From an uncultured Acidobacteriaceae bacterium (GTDB lineage: Bacteria; Acidobacteriota; Terriglobia; Terriglobales; Acidobacteriaceae), in NCBI GenBank assembly GCA_963848685.1, contig CAWKED010000003.1:266337-330336 (forward strand): DNA of 64,000 bases, given 5' to 3'. Shown here piece by piece: positions 18,501-28,679 of this stretch (positions are counted from its first letter, which is position 1; every line of letters begins with the position of its first letter). A program made the translations under genes and the position numbers. The notes under the pieces are model-generated. The model saw nothing but the letters and a program-made list of their open reading frames with translations, ran no database searches and was not told the origin of the DNA.

Positions 18501-19238
18501 GCGTTGCAGGTCACAATTACCAAGCAGCTGACGCACGGCCTGAGTTTCACCTCGAACTACCAGTGGGCCCGCGCGTTTGACTTCAACTCCGGCTATTCAA
18601 CCTGGAACAAGGCTATCGACTACGGTCGCGATCCGAACGTCCGCGAGCAGCAGGAGACCCTCTACGGCACATGGCAGCTGCCTTTCGGCCGCGGTGGCAT
18701 GTACTACTCCAGCGCTCCGACCTGGATCGACGAGGTAGTCGGACACTGGGAGATGACGGGCGCTCTGAACTGGGCCGGCGGCCTCCCCTACACGGTGGGC
18801 GACAACGATATCAACGCTTCCGTACCGGGAAGCGCTCCAAATATCGCGTACTCGACCACACATCAGCGGGCGCAGGTTGTCTCACCCAGCTTCAAGAATG
18901 GCTGGCTTGAGTTTGTCGATCCCGGCTCGAAGGCAACCGGAGTGCCGGTCTATACGAACGGTTTCACTCAGGCGCCGCTCGACACCCTGGGCAACATCGG
19001 CCGCAACAACTACTTCGGACCGAACTTCTTCAACACAGATATGGCGGTGCTGAAGCACTTCCCGATCCGCGAAGCGTTCGAAGCACAGTTCCGCGCTGAC
19101 TTCTTCAACGTCTTCAACCACGTCAACCCGAACAACCCGTCGAACACCAACATCTTCGGCGGCAACGGTGTTGCCAACAACTACGCACCGGGCGGCGTAC
19201 CGCGTTACATCGCCTTCACTGTGCGTCTGCAGTTCTAA
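15585..19238 (+). CDS. TonB-dependent receptor-like outer-membrane protein with N-terminal carboxypeptidase-regulatory-like domain
   Basis: The track ORF starts at 15441. The likely start is the ATG at 15585, preceded by gagggag: MTKRLLQASLGALALGLLLILPVAGHAQA (signal peptide), then VYGSINGSVVDSTGAAIPNATVTVTDVGKG (CarboxypepD_reg). The long beta-barrel body ends in the aromatic residues ...FTVRLQF. Confidence 0.82.
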   Translation: MTKRLLQASLGALALGLLLILPVAGHAQAVYGSINGSVVDSTGAAIPNATVTVTDVGKGTSVTVTSNGSGEYVAEHLLADVYNVRCEAQGFQSFQATNVQVFVDTSPKVTCTLPVGTKTETVTVSADTQPELKTDRADVSTVFDAKQVSDLPLFGGTRNFTSLQLLLPGAQILGWSHATDENPQASQQIQIDGQAFGGVAYELDGTDNQDPILGIIVINPPLDAMAEAKITTQNFDAEFGKAVSSVVVASTKSGSNSFHGSAFEYRNSTAQQATNPFTQTGSNRFVTPGLYNQFGGSVGGPILKDRFFFFGDYQGQRQKASSSALTTVPTQQVLDSCTGAPGYTGCDFSQYATGGQQGVIYMPNSSTPYPGNVIPLADVSPQAMAFFSQLNTYIKATYGGIGPGLDDNLKANGSGLFNADQFDVRLDGQVNAATHAFVRFSRFTDVLSGAQVFGPNLGGPGLGLGQPGYGGQSTGANDSTAAGADIAINPKLLTDFRLGYYRYNIIDQKNNQGVNYFSDTLLIPGENLGTGDTSGSGELTFSNVPTGGQQPLFGSGLGTSRCNCPLQEREDQYQVVNNWTKIVGNHSVKFGADLRYARNLRFPSDGDRVGNNQFSALQTRANSSGVDPSQSSGLSFASFALGLGSQFNRYVENTAIPNADNSKEFQKRTFFYAQDTWRVTPNLTLNYGLRYEIFFPEAVNAPGHGGLMNLQDGYIRVAGVGGIGTNMNWSPDWHAFSPRIGLAYQLNPKTVIRAGYGRSYDIGVFGSIFGHVVTQNLPILAKQQITAPSTYAAAFTLQAGPSGYDFPSDCSSTNTTNCIQSNGLLVNPGYNVQTNARPDPLRLPTLDAWNFSVQRSLTPTLSVTAAYVGNKGTHTLAEGDSNNTNPNEAGIFLPAAYSVNGQTLHYDPSVAGSGISGNNGTSNTILLQRYYGGTLAACQDPTYTTPAGVPPGACGWTAGIPYYADALDTHFNALQVTITKQLTHGLSFTSNYQWARAFDFNSGYSTWNKAIDYGRDPNVREQQETLYGTWQLPFGRGGMYYSSAPTWIDEVVGHWEMTGALNWAGGLPYTVGDNDINASVPGSAPNIAYSTTHQRAQVVSPSFKNGWLEFVDPGSKATGVPVYTNGFTQAPLDTLGNIGRNNYFGPNFFNTDMAVLKHFPIREAFEAQFRADFFNVFNHVNPNNPSNTNIFGGNGVANNYAPGGVPRYIAFTVRLQF

Positions 19239-19258
19239 AACGCACACCGCGCACCACG

Positions 19259-19288
19259 GCGAAGGGGAGCCATTCGGCTCCCCTTCGC
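19259..19288 (+). terminator. Intrinsic terminator after the receptor gene
   Basis: gcgaaggggagcc-attc-ggctccccttcgc: 13-bp perfect stem and 4-nt loop, followed by atttgctt. It lies 21 nt after the stop at 19238. Confidence 0.6.
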
Positions 19289-19317
19289 ATTTGCTTCACG
19301 ACCGCGCGCGCCTTACG

Positions 19318-20439
19318 ATGTTCGGCGGAGTCTCCATGTCCTGTCTTGTTGCGGCGCGGCCACGTATCGTAGCGCCCCTGGCTTTAGCCATCTGCATAAA
19401 TATCCCGTTGTTTGCGCGTTGCGAAGCATCGCCTTTCCAGGAATCCGCCGCGACAAGCCAGCCGCTTGGCGCCACGCCTGCGCCGGCCGCCTCAGACGGA
19501 TCTCCGCTCACAGAGCTCGACACGCTGATCGCCGCCGGAAAGTTCGAGTCGGCCCAGCAGAAACTCGATGCACTTCGTGCCCAGTCACCGCAACTCGCCG
19601 GCATCGATCGCGAGCAGGGCATGCTCGACTACCAGCGTGGCGACATGGCGAAGGCCGACGCGGCATTCCAAAAGGCCGTGACGCAGGACCCGACCGACAA
19701 GGTCGCCATCCAGATGCGCGGCATGACCCTGTTCCGCACCGGCAGGCCAGCGGAAGCGATCCCCCTGCTCGAAAAGGCGAACGGCTGGCTGCCTGCGTTC
19801 AACTCCGACGCGAACTACATCCTCGGCCTGTGCTACATGCAGACACGCCGCTACGAGGACGCGCGCAAGGCCTTCGCGACCATGCTGCGGTTCCCGCCGG
19901 AGTCTCCCGAGGCCTACCTTCTGACGGCGCGGCTCCTCTTCCGCTACGAGTTTGTCCCGGTCGCGCAGCAAATGGCGCGCAAGGCCCTGGAACTCAAGCC
20001 GGTCCTGCCGCTCGCGCACCAGCTGCTCGGAGAGATTGCCTTGTCGCAGCAGAATTTTCCTGAAGCGCAAGCTGAGCTCGAAAAGGAGCGCGATATCAAC
20101 CCGATGAACCCGGCAGTCTACGACCGGCTGGGCGACGCCTACTCGCGCGAGCAGAAATACGAAGAGGCACAGAAAGCTCTGAACCGCGCCATCCTGCTGG
20201 ATCCGTATGCGAGCGGCCCGGTGATTCTGCTGGGTAAAGTAATGCTCAAGCAGGGCGACGCGGCGATGGCCTCAAACTTCCTCGCCCGTGCCGTCCACAT
20301 GGACCCGAACAACTACATGGCGCACAATCTGCTGGGCCAGGCGTATCGCGCACTCGGCCGGCCGGAAGATGCGGCCAGGGAAATTCAGACCGCAACACGG
20401 CTGCAGAACATCACTCCGGAGACGAAGGCAAACCAATGA
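19318..20439 (+). CDS. Tetratricopeptide (TPR) repeat protein, secreted
   Basis: The track ORF starts at 19168, inside the preceding gene and terminator. The plausible start is the ATG at 19318 (or 19336), giving MFGGVSMSCLVAARPRIVAPLALAICINIPLFA. Multiple TPR-like units follow (e.g. YILGLCYMQTRRYEDARKAFATML, YDRLGDAYSREQKYEEAQKALNRAILLDP, HNLLGQAYRALGRPEDAAREI). Confidence 0.7.
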   Translation: MFGGVSMSCLVAARPRIVAPLALAICINIPLFARCEASPFQESAATSQPLGATPAPAASDGSPLTELDTLIAAGKFESAQQKLDALRAQSPQLAGIDREQGMLDYQRGDMAKADAAFQKAVTQDPTDKVAIQMRGMTLFRTGRPAEAIPLLEKANGWLPAFNSDANYILGLCYMQTRRYEDARKAFATMLRFPPESPEAYLLTARLLFRYEFVPVAQQMARKALELKPVLPLAHQLLGEIALSQQNFPEAQAELEKERDINPMNPAVYDRLGDAYSREQKYEEAQKALNRAILLDPYASGPVILLGKVMLKQGDAAMASNFLARAVHMDPNNYMAHNLLGQAYRALGRPEDAAREIQTATRLQNITPETKANQ

Positions 20440-22067
20440 CGAAACGCAAGACCATCGGCTTCGTGATGCGTGCTGTCCTGGGCGTCGCAGCGGCCGCGTG
20501 CGCCGCAAGCAGCCTGGCGCAGCAGGGCTCGCCGCAGGCGACGCATGACTACATCGAACACTCCTGGGACACGCTGACGCGCACCATGACGGAATGCCGC
20601 GCCCTGACGGACGTCAAGACGACTACGCGGCCTATCCTCTATATTCCTGCCGACAAACCCACGCCGTCAGGGCTGGATGCTCTCGCGGTGAAGTGCAACA
20701 TTGAAGTCCGCAAGCTGCCGCGGGCCATAACGCACTTCGGCGAACTCAAGCTGACAGACATTCCGCAGTCGGGCCTGCTCTACCTGCCGCATCCGTATGT
20801 TGTCCCGGGCGGGCGCTTCAACGAAATGTATGGCTGGGACAGTTACTTCATCCTGCTTGGGTTGGTGCAGGACGGCCGCATCGACCTAGCCCGCGGCATG
20901 GTGGAGAACTTCTTCTACGAAATCGAAAACTACGGCGGCATCCTGAACGCGAACCGCACGTACTACCTCACGCGCTCTCAACCGCCCTACCTCAGCTCCA
21001 TGATCCGCGAAATCTACGAAGCCAAACCTGACAAGGCGTGGCTGGCGACCGCGTATGCCTACGCGACCAAGGACCATGCGCTCTGGGAAAGCGATTTCCA
21101 TCGCGCCGGCGATACCGGACTGGCCCGCTATTACGACATTGGCGACGGCCCCGTCCCGGAGATGGCTGACGACAGCAGCTATTATCCGGACGTTATCCGG
21201 TACATCCTTGCGCATCCCGGCAGCGGGGATAAATACCTCATCGCGGGCCCGGCGGACCCGAATGCCGAGCAGGCCGCCGAACTCGCAAGGACAAGCTGCG
21301 ATGTCCTGACCTCTCACGTCTGCATGCATGCGGTCGTGGACGGGCACAGGCTGACTGCAGACTTCTACAAGGGAGACCGCGCAATGCGCGAGTCGGGCTT
21401 CGACCCGAGCTTCCGCTTTGGCGTCTTTGATGGCAGCACGCACCACTATGCGCCGGAATGCCTGAACAGCCTGCTCTACAAGTACGAACGCGACATGGAA
21501 CACTTCGCGCAAATCCTCGGCAAGCCCGGCGAAGCGAAGAAGTGGGCGGCGAAAGCCAGGGCCCGCCGCGCCGCGATGGACAAGTATCTGTGGAGTGCGA
21601 GCGCCGGCATGTACTTCGATTACGACTTCGTCGCGAGCAGGCAGTCCACGTACAAATATGTCACCACGTTTGATCCTTTATGGGCTGGGGCCGCCAGCAG
21701 GCAGCAGGCAGCGGCTGTTGAGAAGCATCTTGCCGATTTCGAGCACGAACACGGTCTTGCCATGAGCACGTTTGCCAGCGGCGTGCAGTGGGACCTGCCT
21801 TTCGGATGGGCGCCCTGCAACTGGCCTTCCGCAGTCGGCCTGAACGATTACGGGTACAGGGATGACGCGCTCCGCATTGCTCGAAAGTGGAACACGATGG
21901 TGGATGCGAGCCTGGCGCAGATCGGCACGATTCGCGAGAAATACGACGTGACCACGGGCTCGCCTGACTCGACGATCAAGATCGGTTACAAATCCAATGA
22001 GATCGGTTTCGGCTGGACCAACGCTGCGTACGAGAAATTCCGCGCCATGCTTGGAGAGGCAAAGTAG
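20436..22067 (+). CDS. treA: Periplasmic trehalase (GH37)
   Basis: 543 aa. Signal peptide MTKRKTIGFVMRAVLGVAAAACAASSLAQQ. Both GH37 signatures are present: PGGRFNEMYGWDSYF and QWDLPFGWAPCNW. The start overlaps the TPR gene stop (ATGA at 20436-20439). Confidence 0.9.
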   Translation: MTKRKTIGFVMRAVLGVAAAACAASSLAQQGSPQATHDYIEHSWDTLTRTMTECRALTDVKTTTRPILYIPADKPTPSGLDALAVKCNIEVRKLPRAITHFGELKLTDIPQSGLLYLPHPYVVPGGRFNEMYGWDSYFILLGLVQDGRIDLARGMVENFFYEIENYGGILNANRTYYLTRSQPPYLSSMIREIYEAKPDKAWLATAYAYATKDHALWESDFHRAGDTGLARYYDIGDGPVPEMADDSSYYPDVIRYILAHPGSGDKYLIAGPADPNAEQAAELARTSCDVLTSHVCMHAVVDGHRLTADFYKGDRAMRESGFDPSFRFGVFDGSTHHYAPECLNSLLYKYERDMEHFAQILGKPGEAKKWAAKARARRAAMDKYLWSASAGMYFDYDFVASRQSTYKYVTTFDPLWAGAASRQQAAAVEKHLADFEHEHGLAMSTFASGVQWDLPFGWAPCNWPSAVGLNDYGYRDDALRIARKWNTMVDASLAQIGTIREKYDVTTGSPDSTIKIGYKSNEIGFGWTNAAYEKFRAMLGEAK

Positions 22068-22991
22068 GTGGCGCGCCCGCGCATCGTCGGACTCGGCGAA
22101 GTCCTCTGGGACATGCTGCCGTCAGGGGCGCGTCTGGGCGGCGCGCCGGCGAATTTCACCGTCCACGCCGCGGCCTTGGGCGCGGACGCCGCAATTGCCA
22201 GCGCGGTCGGCCGCGATGATCTTGGGGATCAAGCGCGGCGCCTGCTCGCCGAGGCAGCCGTGGACACGCAATACCTGCAGACCTCGGCAGAGCGAACAAG
22301 CCGGGTCCTCGTGGAACTCGATGCCGCGGGCCATGCCAGCTACACGATTGAAGCTCCGGTCGCGTGGGACACGCTCGCGTTCACGCCGGAGTGGCGTGTC
22401 CTCGCGGGCAGTGCGGACGCAGTATGCTTTGGCACGCTCGGCCAGCGTGACGCGCGCAGCCGCGCAACCATCCGCGCATTCATCACCGAATCCGCACGCG
22501 CGCTTCGAATTTTCGACGTCAACCTGCGCGCGCCGTTCTGGGACGACGATACGCTTCGCTGGGGACTGGAACGTGCCCGCATCATCAAAGTGAACGAGCA
22601 CGAACTCCCACTGTTGCTGCGCAGCCTGGGACTGACGCCCGCCGCCGATGGCGCGGAGCATGCCGAGCGGGCGGATGCGCGCACCCTGCTGGCCCATTTG
22701 CCCGGCGCGCAGAGTGTCTGCGTCACTCTCGGTGAGCGCGGCAGCCTGCTGGCCACGCGCGACCGCGATTACACCCATCCCGGATTTGCCACGAACGTTG
22801 TCGACACTGTCGGCGCGGGTGACGCCTTCACCGCGGCGCTGGCCTGGTACACGCTGCATGGCGCGGAGCCGGACGGCGTCCTGGCGGCCGCGAACCGCCT
22901 GGGCAGCTATGTCGCGTCGCAGCAGGGAGCCATGCCGGCGCTGCCTGCACAACTCCGCGCCGAACTGGAAACGCTTGGCCGGCCGGCGTGA
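22068..22991 (+). CDS. PfkB-family carbohydrate kinase (fructokinase / sugar kinase-like)
   Basis: 307 aa. The GTG start immediately follows the treA stop, with ggagagg upstream. N-terminal GLGEVLWDMLPSGARLGGAPANF and C-terminal VDTVGAGDAFTAAL (PfkB signature 2). Confidence 0.78.
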   Translation: MARPRIVGLGEVLWDMLPSGARLGGAPANFTVHAAALGADAAIASAVGRDDLGDQARRLLAEAAVDTQYLQTSAERTSRVLVELDAAGHASYTIEAPVAWDTLAFTPEWRVLAGSADAVCFGTLGQRDARSRATIRAFITESARALRIFDVNLRAPFWDDDTLRWGLERARIIKVNEHELPLLLRSLGLTPAADGAEHAERADARTLLAHLPGAQSVCVTLGERGSLLATRDRDYTHPGFATNVVDTVGAGDAFTAALAWYTLHGAEPDGVLAAANRLGSYVASQQGAMPALPAQLRAELETLGRPA

Positions 22992-24298
22992 TTGAAATGC
23001 TGACTGCCAGGGAGAGACGCGCAGCGGGGCGCGCGCGCCGCCGCAATGTGCATCGTCGCGATCTTCAAGAATGGAGCGCCAAGCACCGCAAACAAGATGC
23101 TCTGGAAACGCTGCGGCGTAGCGAGCGCGGCCGACTGCCGGCACTCCTGAAAATCAAGCACGAACGCATGGCGGCTTCGCCCTTCGGCTACTTTCGTGGC
23201 GCTGTGCCGGTCATGGCCGCCGATCTGGCGCAGCTTCCTGAGTCCGGCATCGTTACGCAGATCTGCGGCGACGCGCATGTCAGGAATCTCGGCGCGTTTG
23301 CTTCGCCGGATGGAAGGCTGTTGTTCGACATCAACGACTTTGACGAGACAACGCGCTCGTCGTTCGAATGCGACGTGCGGCGGATGGCCGCCAGCCTTGT
23401 GCTGGCCGGCCGCGAGTCCTCGCAAAAGAAATCCGCATGCAGAGAAGCGGTCCGCGCAATGCTGGTCCGGTACGGACGCACGCTTCGCCAGCTCTCCGAT
23501 ATGCCGGTGATCGACATGGTGCGCTGGCAGGTGCACCGCCTGCAGCGCATTCAGCCGGTCAGCCAGGCCCTGCTCAAGGCCGAGCGCGCAACCCCGCTCA
23601 GGAGCCTGGAACAATTGACGCAGGAAGTAGCAGGGCACGGGCGGCGTTTCCGGGAAGAGCCGCCGCTGCTGGTGCGCATCACCGGCGCGAAGGCGCGGGA
23701 AATTCTGGCGTCACTGGCTGCGTACAGGGAATCGCTGCTGCCGGAACGCCGCCATTTTCTCGACCAGTACCGGCCGCTGGATGTCGCGCTGAAAGTCGTC
23801 GGCACGGGCAGCGTCGGCACGCGCTGCTACGTCGTCTACATGCAGGGCAACGGCGCCGCAGACCCGCTGTTCCTGCAAATCAAGGAAGAAACACAGTCCG
23901 CATGGCAGCCGTACCTTCCGCAACCGCTGCCGGCGCATCACCACGGGCAGCGCGTTGCGGAAGGGCAGCGCGCGATGCAGTTTGAGAGCGACATCATGCT
24001 CGGCTGGACAAACATTGCTTCGCGAGACTTCGTGGTGCGTCAGCTCAGTGACCACAAGGGAAGCATCGCGCCCGACGCCATGGCCGGCGAAGGCCTGCGC
24101 GAATACGCCGAGATCTGCGGCGAGTTGCTGGCGCGCGGGCACTGCCGCAGCGGCGACGCCTGCATGCTCACCGGCTATGTCGGCTCCGGCGAAAAGCTGG
24201 CAGACGCGCTGGAGAAGTTCGCGATCAACTACGCCGACCAGACCGAGCGCGACTGGGAGCAGCTGCGCAAGTGGATGAAGCTCGCGCCGCAAGCCTGA
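22988..24298 (+). CDS. DUF2252 domain-containing protein
   Basis: 436 aa. Contains MAASPFGYFRGAVPVMAADLA...QICGDAHVRNLGAFASPDGRLLFDINDFDET, which is characteristic of DUF2252. The GTG start overlaps the kinase stop (GTGA); an alternative ATG is at 22997. Confidence 0.72.
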   Translation: MIEMLTARERRAAGRARRRNVHRRDLQEWSAKHRKQDALETLRRSERGRLPALLKIKHERMAASPFGYFRGAVPVMAADLAQLPESGIVTQICGDAHVRNLGAFASPDGRLLFDINDFDETTRSSFECDVRRMAASLVLAGRESSQKKSACREAVRAMLVRYGRTLRQLSDMPVIDMVRWQVHRLQRIQPVSQALLKAERATPLRSLEQLTQEVAGHGRRFREEPPLLVRITGAKAREILASLAAYRESLLPERRHFLDQYRPLDVALKVVGTGSVGTRCYVVYMQGNGAADPLFLQIKEETQSAWQPYLPQPLPAHHHGQRVAEGQRAMQFESDIMLGWTNIASRDFVVRQLSDHKGSIAPDAMAGEGLREYAEICGELLARGHCRSGDACMLTGYVGSGEKLADALEKFAINYADQTERDWEQLRKWMKLAPQA

Positions 24299-24324
24299 CG
24301 GCCGCGCGCAATACACTGGGAGTG

Positions 24325-24771
24325 ATGGATTACGAGCGCAGCGGGCGCTGGCTGGGAACAGGCATGCGCATTCTCGGCCGTATGGCCAACGAGCGGCTGA
24401 GTGCCGCTGCTTCACCGGAAACAGAGGCGCGCCGCAAGCAGGCGCAGGCCGCCGCAGACCGTCAGGCGAAGGACCGCGCGGACCGCGCCGCAGCCTCCGC
24501 GAAAAAGATGCGCGACGGCGGCAAGCGCTTCGGTGCATCGATCCTCGGGCCCGTGACCCGCGCCGGGCACAGCCTGTTTCTCGAAATAGCCGGATTGTTT
24601 TTTGCGCTGTTCGGCGTCTGGTTCCTGCAGAGCGCCTTCCGGTTGCGCGCCGCGGCCCGCGCGGGCGCCGAGCATAGCCATTTCATTGCCTATTTGGCGC
24701 TCGGCATGGCCTTCGTTTACTTCAGCGTGACTTCGTTTGTCCGGGCGCGCCGCAGGTTTCGCCGCCGCTGA
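24325..24771 (+). CDS. Hypothetical small membrane protein
   Basis: The ATG at 24325 is preceded by gggag (the track ORF starts at 24271). A charged, coiled-coil-like N-terminal half ([28 protein letters not shown]) is followed by two predicted TM helices. No family recognised. Confidence 0.45.
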   Translation: MDYERSGRWLGTGMRILGRMANERLSAAASPETEARRKQAQAAADRQAKDRADRAAASAKKMRDGGKRFGASILGPVTRAGHSLFLEIAGLFFALFGVWFLQSAFRLRAAARAGAEHSHFIAYLALGMAFVYFSVTSFVRARRRFRRR

Positions 24772-24791
24772 GTTGCTACCATGGCTGTTGC

Positions 24792-26398
<1,607 letters not shown>

Positions 26399-26402
<4 letters not shown>

Positions 26403-27932
26403 CCGCTGCCGGTACGCGCGCGAAATTGACCGGGCCCACGCTGGTCGCCGTCATCGCCGCACTCAATTTTCTCGAACACGCGCTGACTGCCTTCCGATAC
26501 GGGCCCGAGGCAGATGAAATGTACTACCTCGCCAGCTCGCACCATCTTGCCGCCGGATTTGAGGACATGCCGCCCGGCATCGCCGTAATGATGTGGATCG
26601 TTCGGCATACGACCGGGACCTCACTGCTAGGCATGCGCGTGTGGGCGGCGCTCATGGCCGCGGCGGTAAGCCTGCTGTGCGGCGCCATTGCCCGGCAACT
26701 CGGCGGCCGCCGCTGGGCGCAGGCGGTCGCCGCACTGGCTCCGGCCATCGCGCCGCTCATCGTTATCTGGCAGCACATCCTCACCATGAATGTGGTGGAG
26801 CACTTTCATCTGGGCAGCCATCGCGTACTGCATCGTCCGCCTCATCAACACGCAGGATGGCCGCTGGTGGCTGGCCATCGGCGCGCTCGTCGGCTTCAGC
26901 TTCGAGTTCAAGTACACCATCGCCTTCCTGCTGCTGGGCCTGTTTGCCGGCCTCGCGGTCACGCCGGAACGCAGATGGCTGGCCACGCGCTGGTTCTGGG
27001 CCGGGGCGGCCGTGGCGCTGGCCATCTTTCTGCCGAACCTCGCGTGGCTGGTCACGCACCACTTTCCGTTCCTGCACCACATGCATGACCTCCGCATCAA
27101 CACCGGCCTCGGCCACGGCCCGATGAAGTGGATGGTCGTGCAGATCGTCTTGCTGCACCCGTTGCTCGCCCCCATCTGGGCTGGCGGAGCGATCTGGTGC
27201 TTTACCCCGTCCGGAGCGCGATACAGGCTTCTCGGCTGCATGTTCGTTGTCTCTGTAGCGGCCATTATGCTCACCCATGGACGCAACTACTATCCGTTGC
27301 CGGCCTACGGAATGATTTTCGGCGTGGGCACAGTGGCCTGGCAGCAGTGGCTGGAACCGACCGGCCGCCAGGCGCGCGCCATCAGGATGGCTTATGTCTG
27401 CCTGCTCGTCATCGTGACAATCCCGCTTGCCCCGGTTTTTCTTCCATTGCTAAGCGGCCCATCCTATCTTGCGTATCTGAATCGCCTGGGAAGCCGACTG
27501 CCGGCGGGCGTCAGCGCGTCCCCCGGCGAGAAGATAGCGATCTATTTCCAGGACGAGTTCGGCTGGCAGCAGCTTACACAACAGGTCGCGGACATCTACC
27601 ACGCGCTGCCGGAAAGCGAGCGCGCGCAGACGGCCATATGGGGCGCGGATTATTCCGACGCGGCGGCGCTCGACTACTACGGGCCGCGCTACGGGCTTCC
27701 GGCGGTAGTGAGCGGGGACGTCGCGTACTGGTATTGGGGGCTGCACGGACAAACCGCGCAGCAGGCCATTCTGACCGGAGCCAATGAGGAGCAGGCGCGC
27801 CAGCGCTGGCGGAATGTGCGCAAGGTTGGCCGCGTGGATTCCGTCCTGCCGCGCGAGCACTACGACATCCTGCTCTGCTCGGATCCGTTACGGCCATTCA
27901 GTCAAGTCTGGCCGCAGATGCAGATCTGGTAG
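26399..27932 (+). pseudogene. GT39 / ArnT-like (PMT_2) glycosyltransferase interrupted by a frameshift near 26787-26795
   Basis: Two track ORFs are involved: 26399-27088 and 26790-27932, in frames differing by +1. The first is a credible polytopic N-terminus up to ...IVIWQHILTMN, then becomes Arg/His-rich nonsense. The second begins right after an in-frame TGA (26787-26789) and continues as WWSTFIWAAIAYCIVRLINTQDGRWWLAIGALVGFSFEFKYTIAFLLLGL, a typical GT39 core. This is either a real frameshift or a sequencing error. Confidence 0.6.
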
Positions 27933-27967
27933 CAAAGCACCGGCCAAATCTGGCCCCTAACGAGCAC

Positions 27968-27989
27968 GGCCCCGCTGGTTTGCGGGGCC
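27968..27989. terminator. GC-rich hairpin between convergent genes (possible bidirectional terminator)
   Basis: ggccccgc-tggttt-gcggggcc: 8-bp stem. It lies between the stop at 27932 (+) and the stop at 28010 (-). There is no clear U-run. Confidence 0.4.
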
Positions 27990-28009
27990 GGAGGGATGCT
28001 CGTTGGCTT

Positions 28010-28402
28010 CTAGTGGGCGCCCGGTCCCGCGCTGGCCGTTTGGGTGGCCTGTGCGGCGTTCAGGGCTTCGCGCTGCTTCTGCAGGTTTGCGTTCTGCGCT
28101 TCCAGCTGCTGCCGCTCCGTCTCCAGCTTCTTGTTGGCGGCGTCCAGGTGCTGTGCTTCCTTCAGCAGTTCTTCGTTGTGCTTGACCATCGCCTTCTGGG
28201 CGTTGACCTGGTCAACCAGTTCCTTGTTGCGCGCCTGCAGCTTCTGCGTCAGCACGGCATAATCGGTGCCGCCAGGAGCCGCCGCCGCGGCGGCGGGCGC
28301 TGTGGTCTTATCGGATGGGTTCGGGCCGCTCTGTGCAAGTGCCGGGGCAGCAGCAATCGCCAGGAAAAGGCCGCAAACGGGAAGAATTCGCATGACTTTC
28401 AC
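28010..28402 (-). CDS. Hypothetical secreted coiled-coil protein
   Basis: 130 aa. Signal peptide MKVMRILPVCGLFLAIAAAPALAQ. Ala/Pro linker, then a heptad-like segment LTQKLQARNKELVDQVNAQKAMVKHNEELLKEAQHLDAANKKLETERQQLEAQNANLQKQREALNAAQ. Confidence 0.6.
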   Translation of the reverse strand: MKVMRILPVCGLFLAIAAAPALAQSGPNPSDKTTAPAAAAAAPGGTDYAVLTQKLQARNKELVDQVNAQKAMVKHNEELLKEAQHLDAANKKLETERQQLEAQNANLQKQREALNAAQATQTASAGPGAH

Positions 28403-28679
28403 CTCAATGGAGGGAATGAACTAGCGGCGACGCGGGGTTACTGCAAACTCCCCCGCAGCTGCAGTGAGGCCATCCTAGGAGTGCGACAGGAAAGCGACCA
28501 TCCCCGAAACGCCCCGCAAGGCTGCCACTTTCGGGGTAACGTTACCGGGGCGAAACCCGATGGGTCACGGCTTGCGGACTGCCTCAGGTTCAACCGGCCC
28601 GGGACGGCCCCCACGGAACTGCCCGGGATTGTTTGCGCCAGTGTTTTGGCTATCTCGCGGCTGCAGAAAGTACTGGCAT

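Noticed and set aside
28586-28596. GGTTCAACC, resembling a tRNA T-loop, in the thrS-downstream spacer
   Set aside because: The flanking bases cannot form a 5-bp T-stem, and no acceptor or anticodon arms could be drawn. I found no convincing tRNA anywhere in the window.
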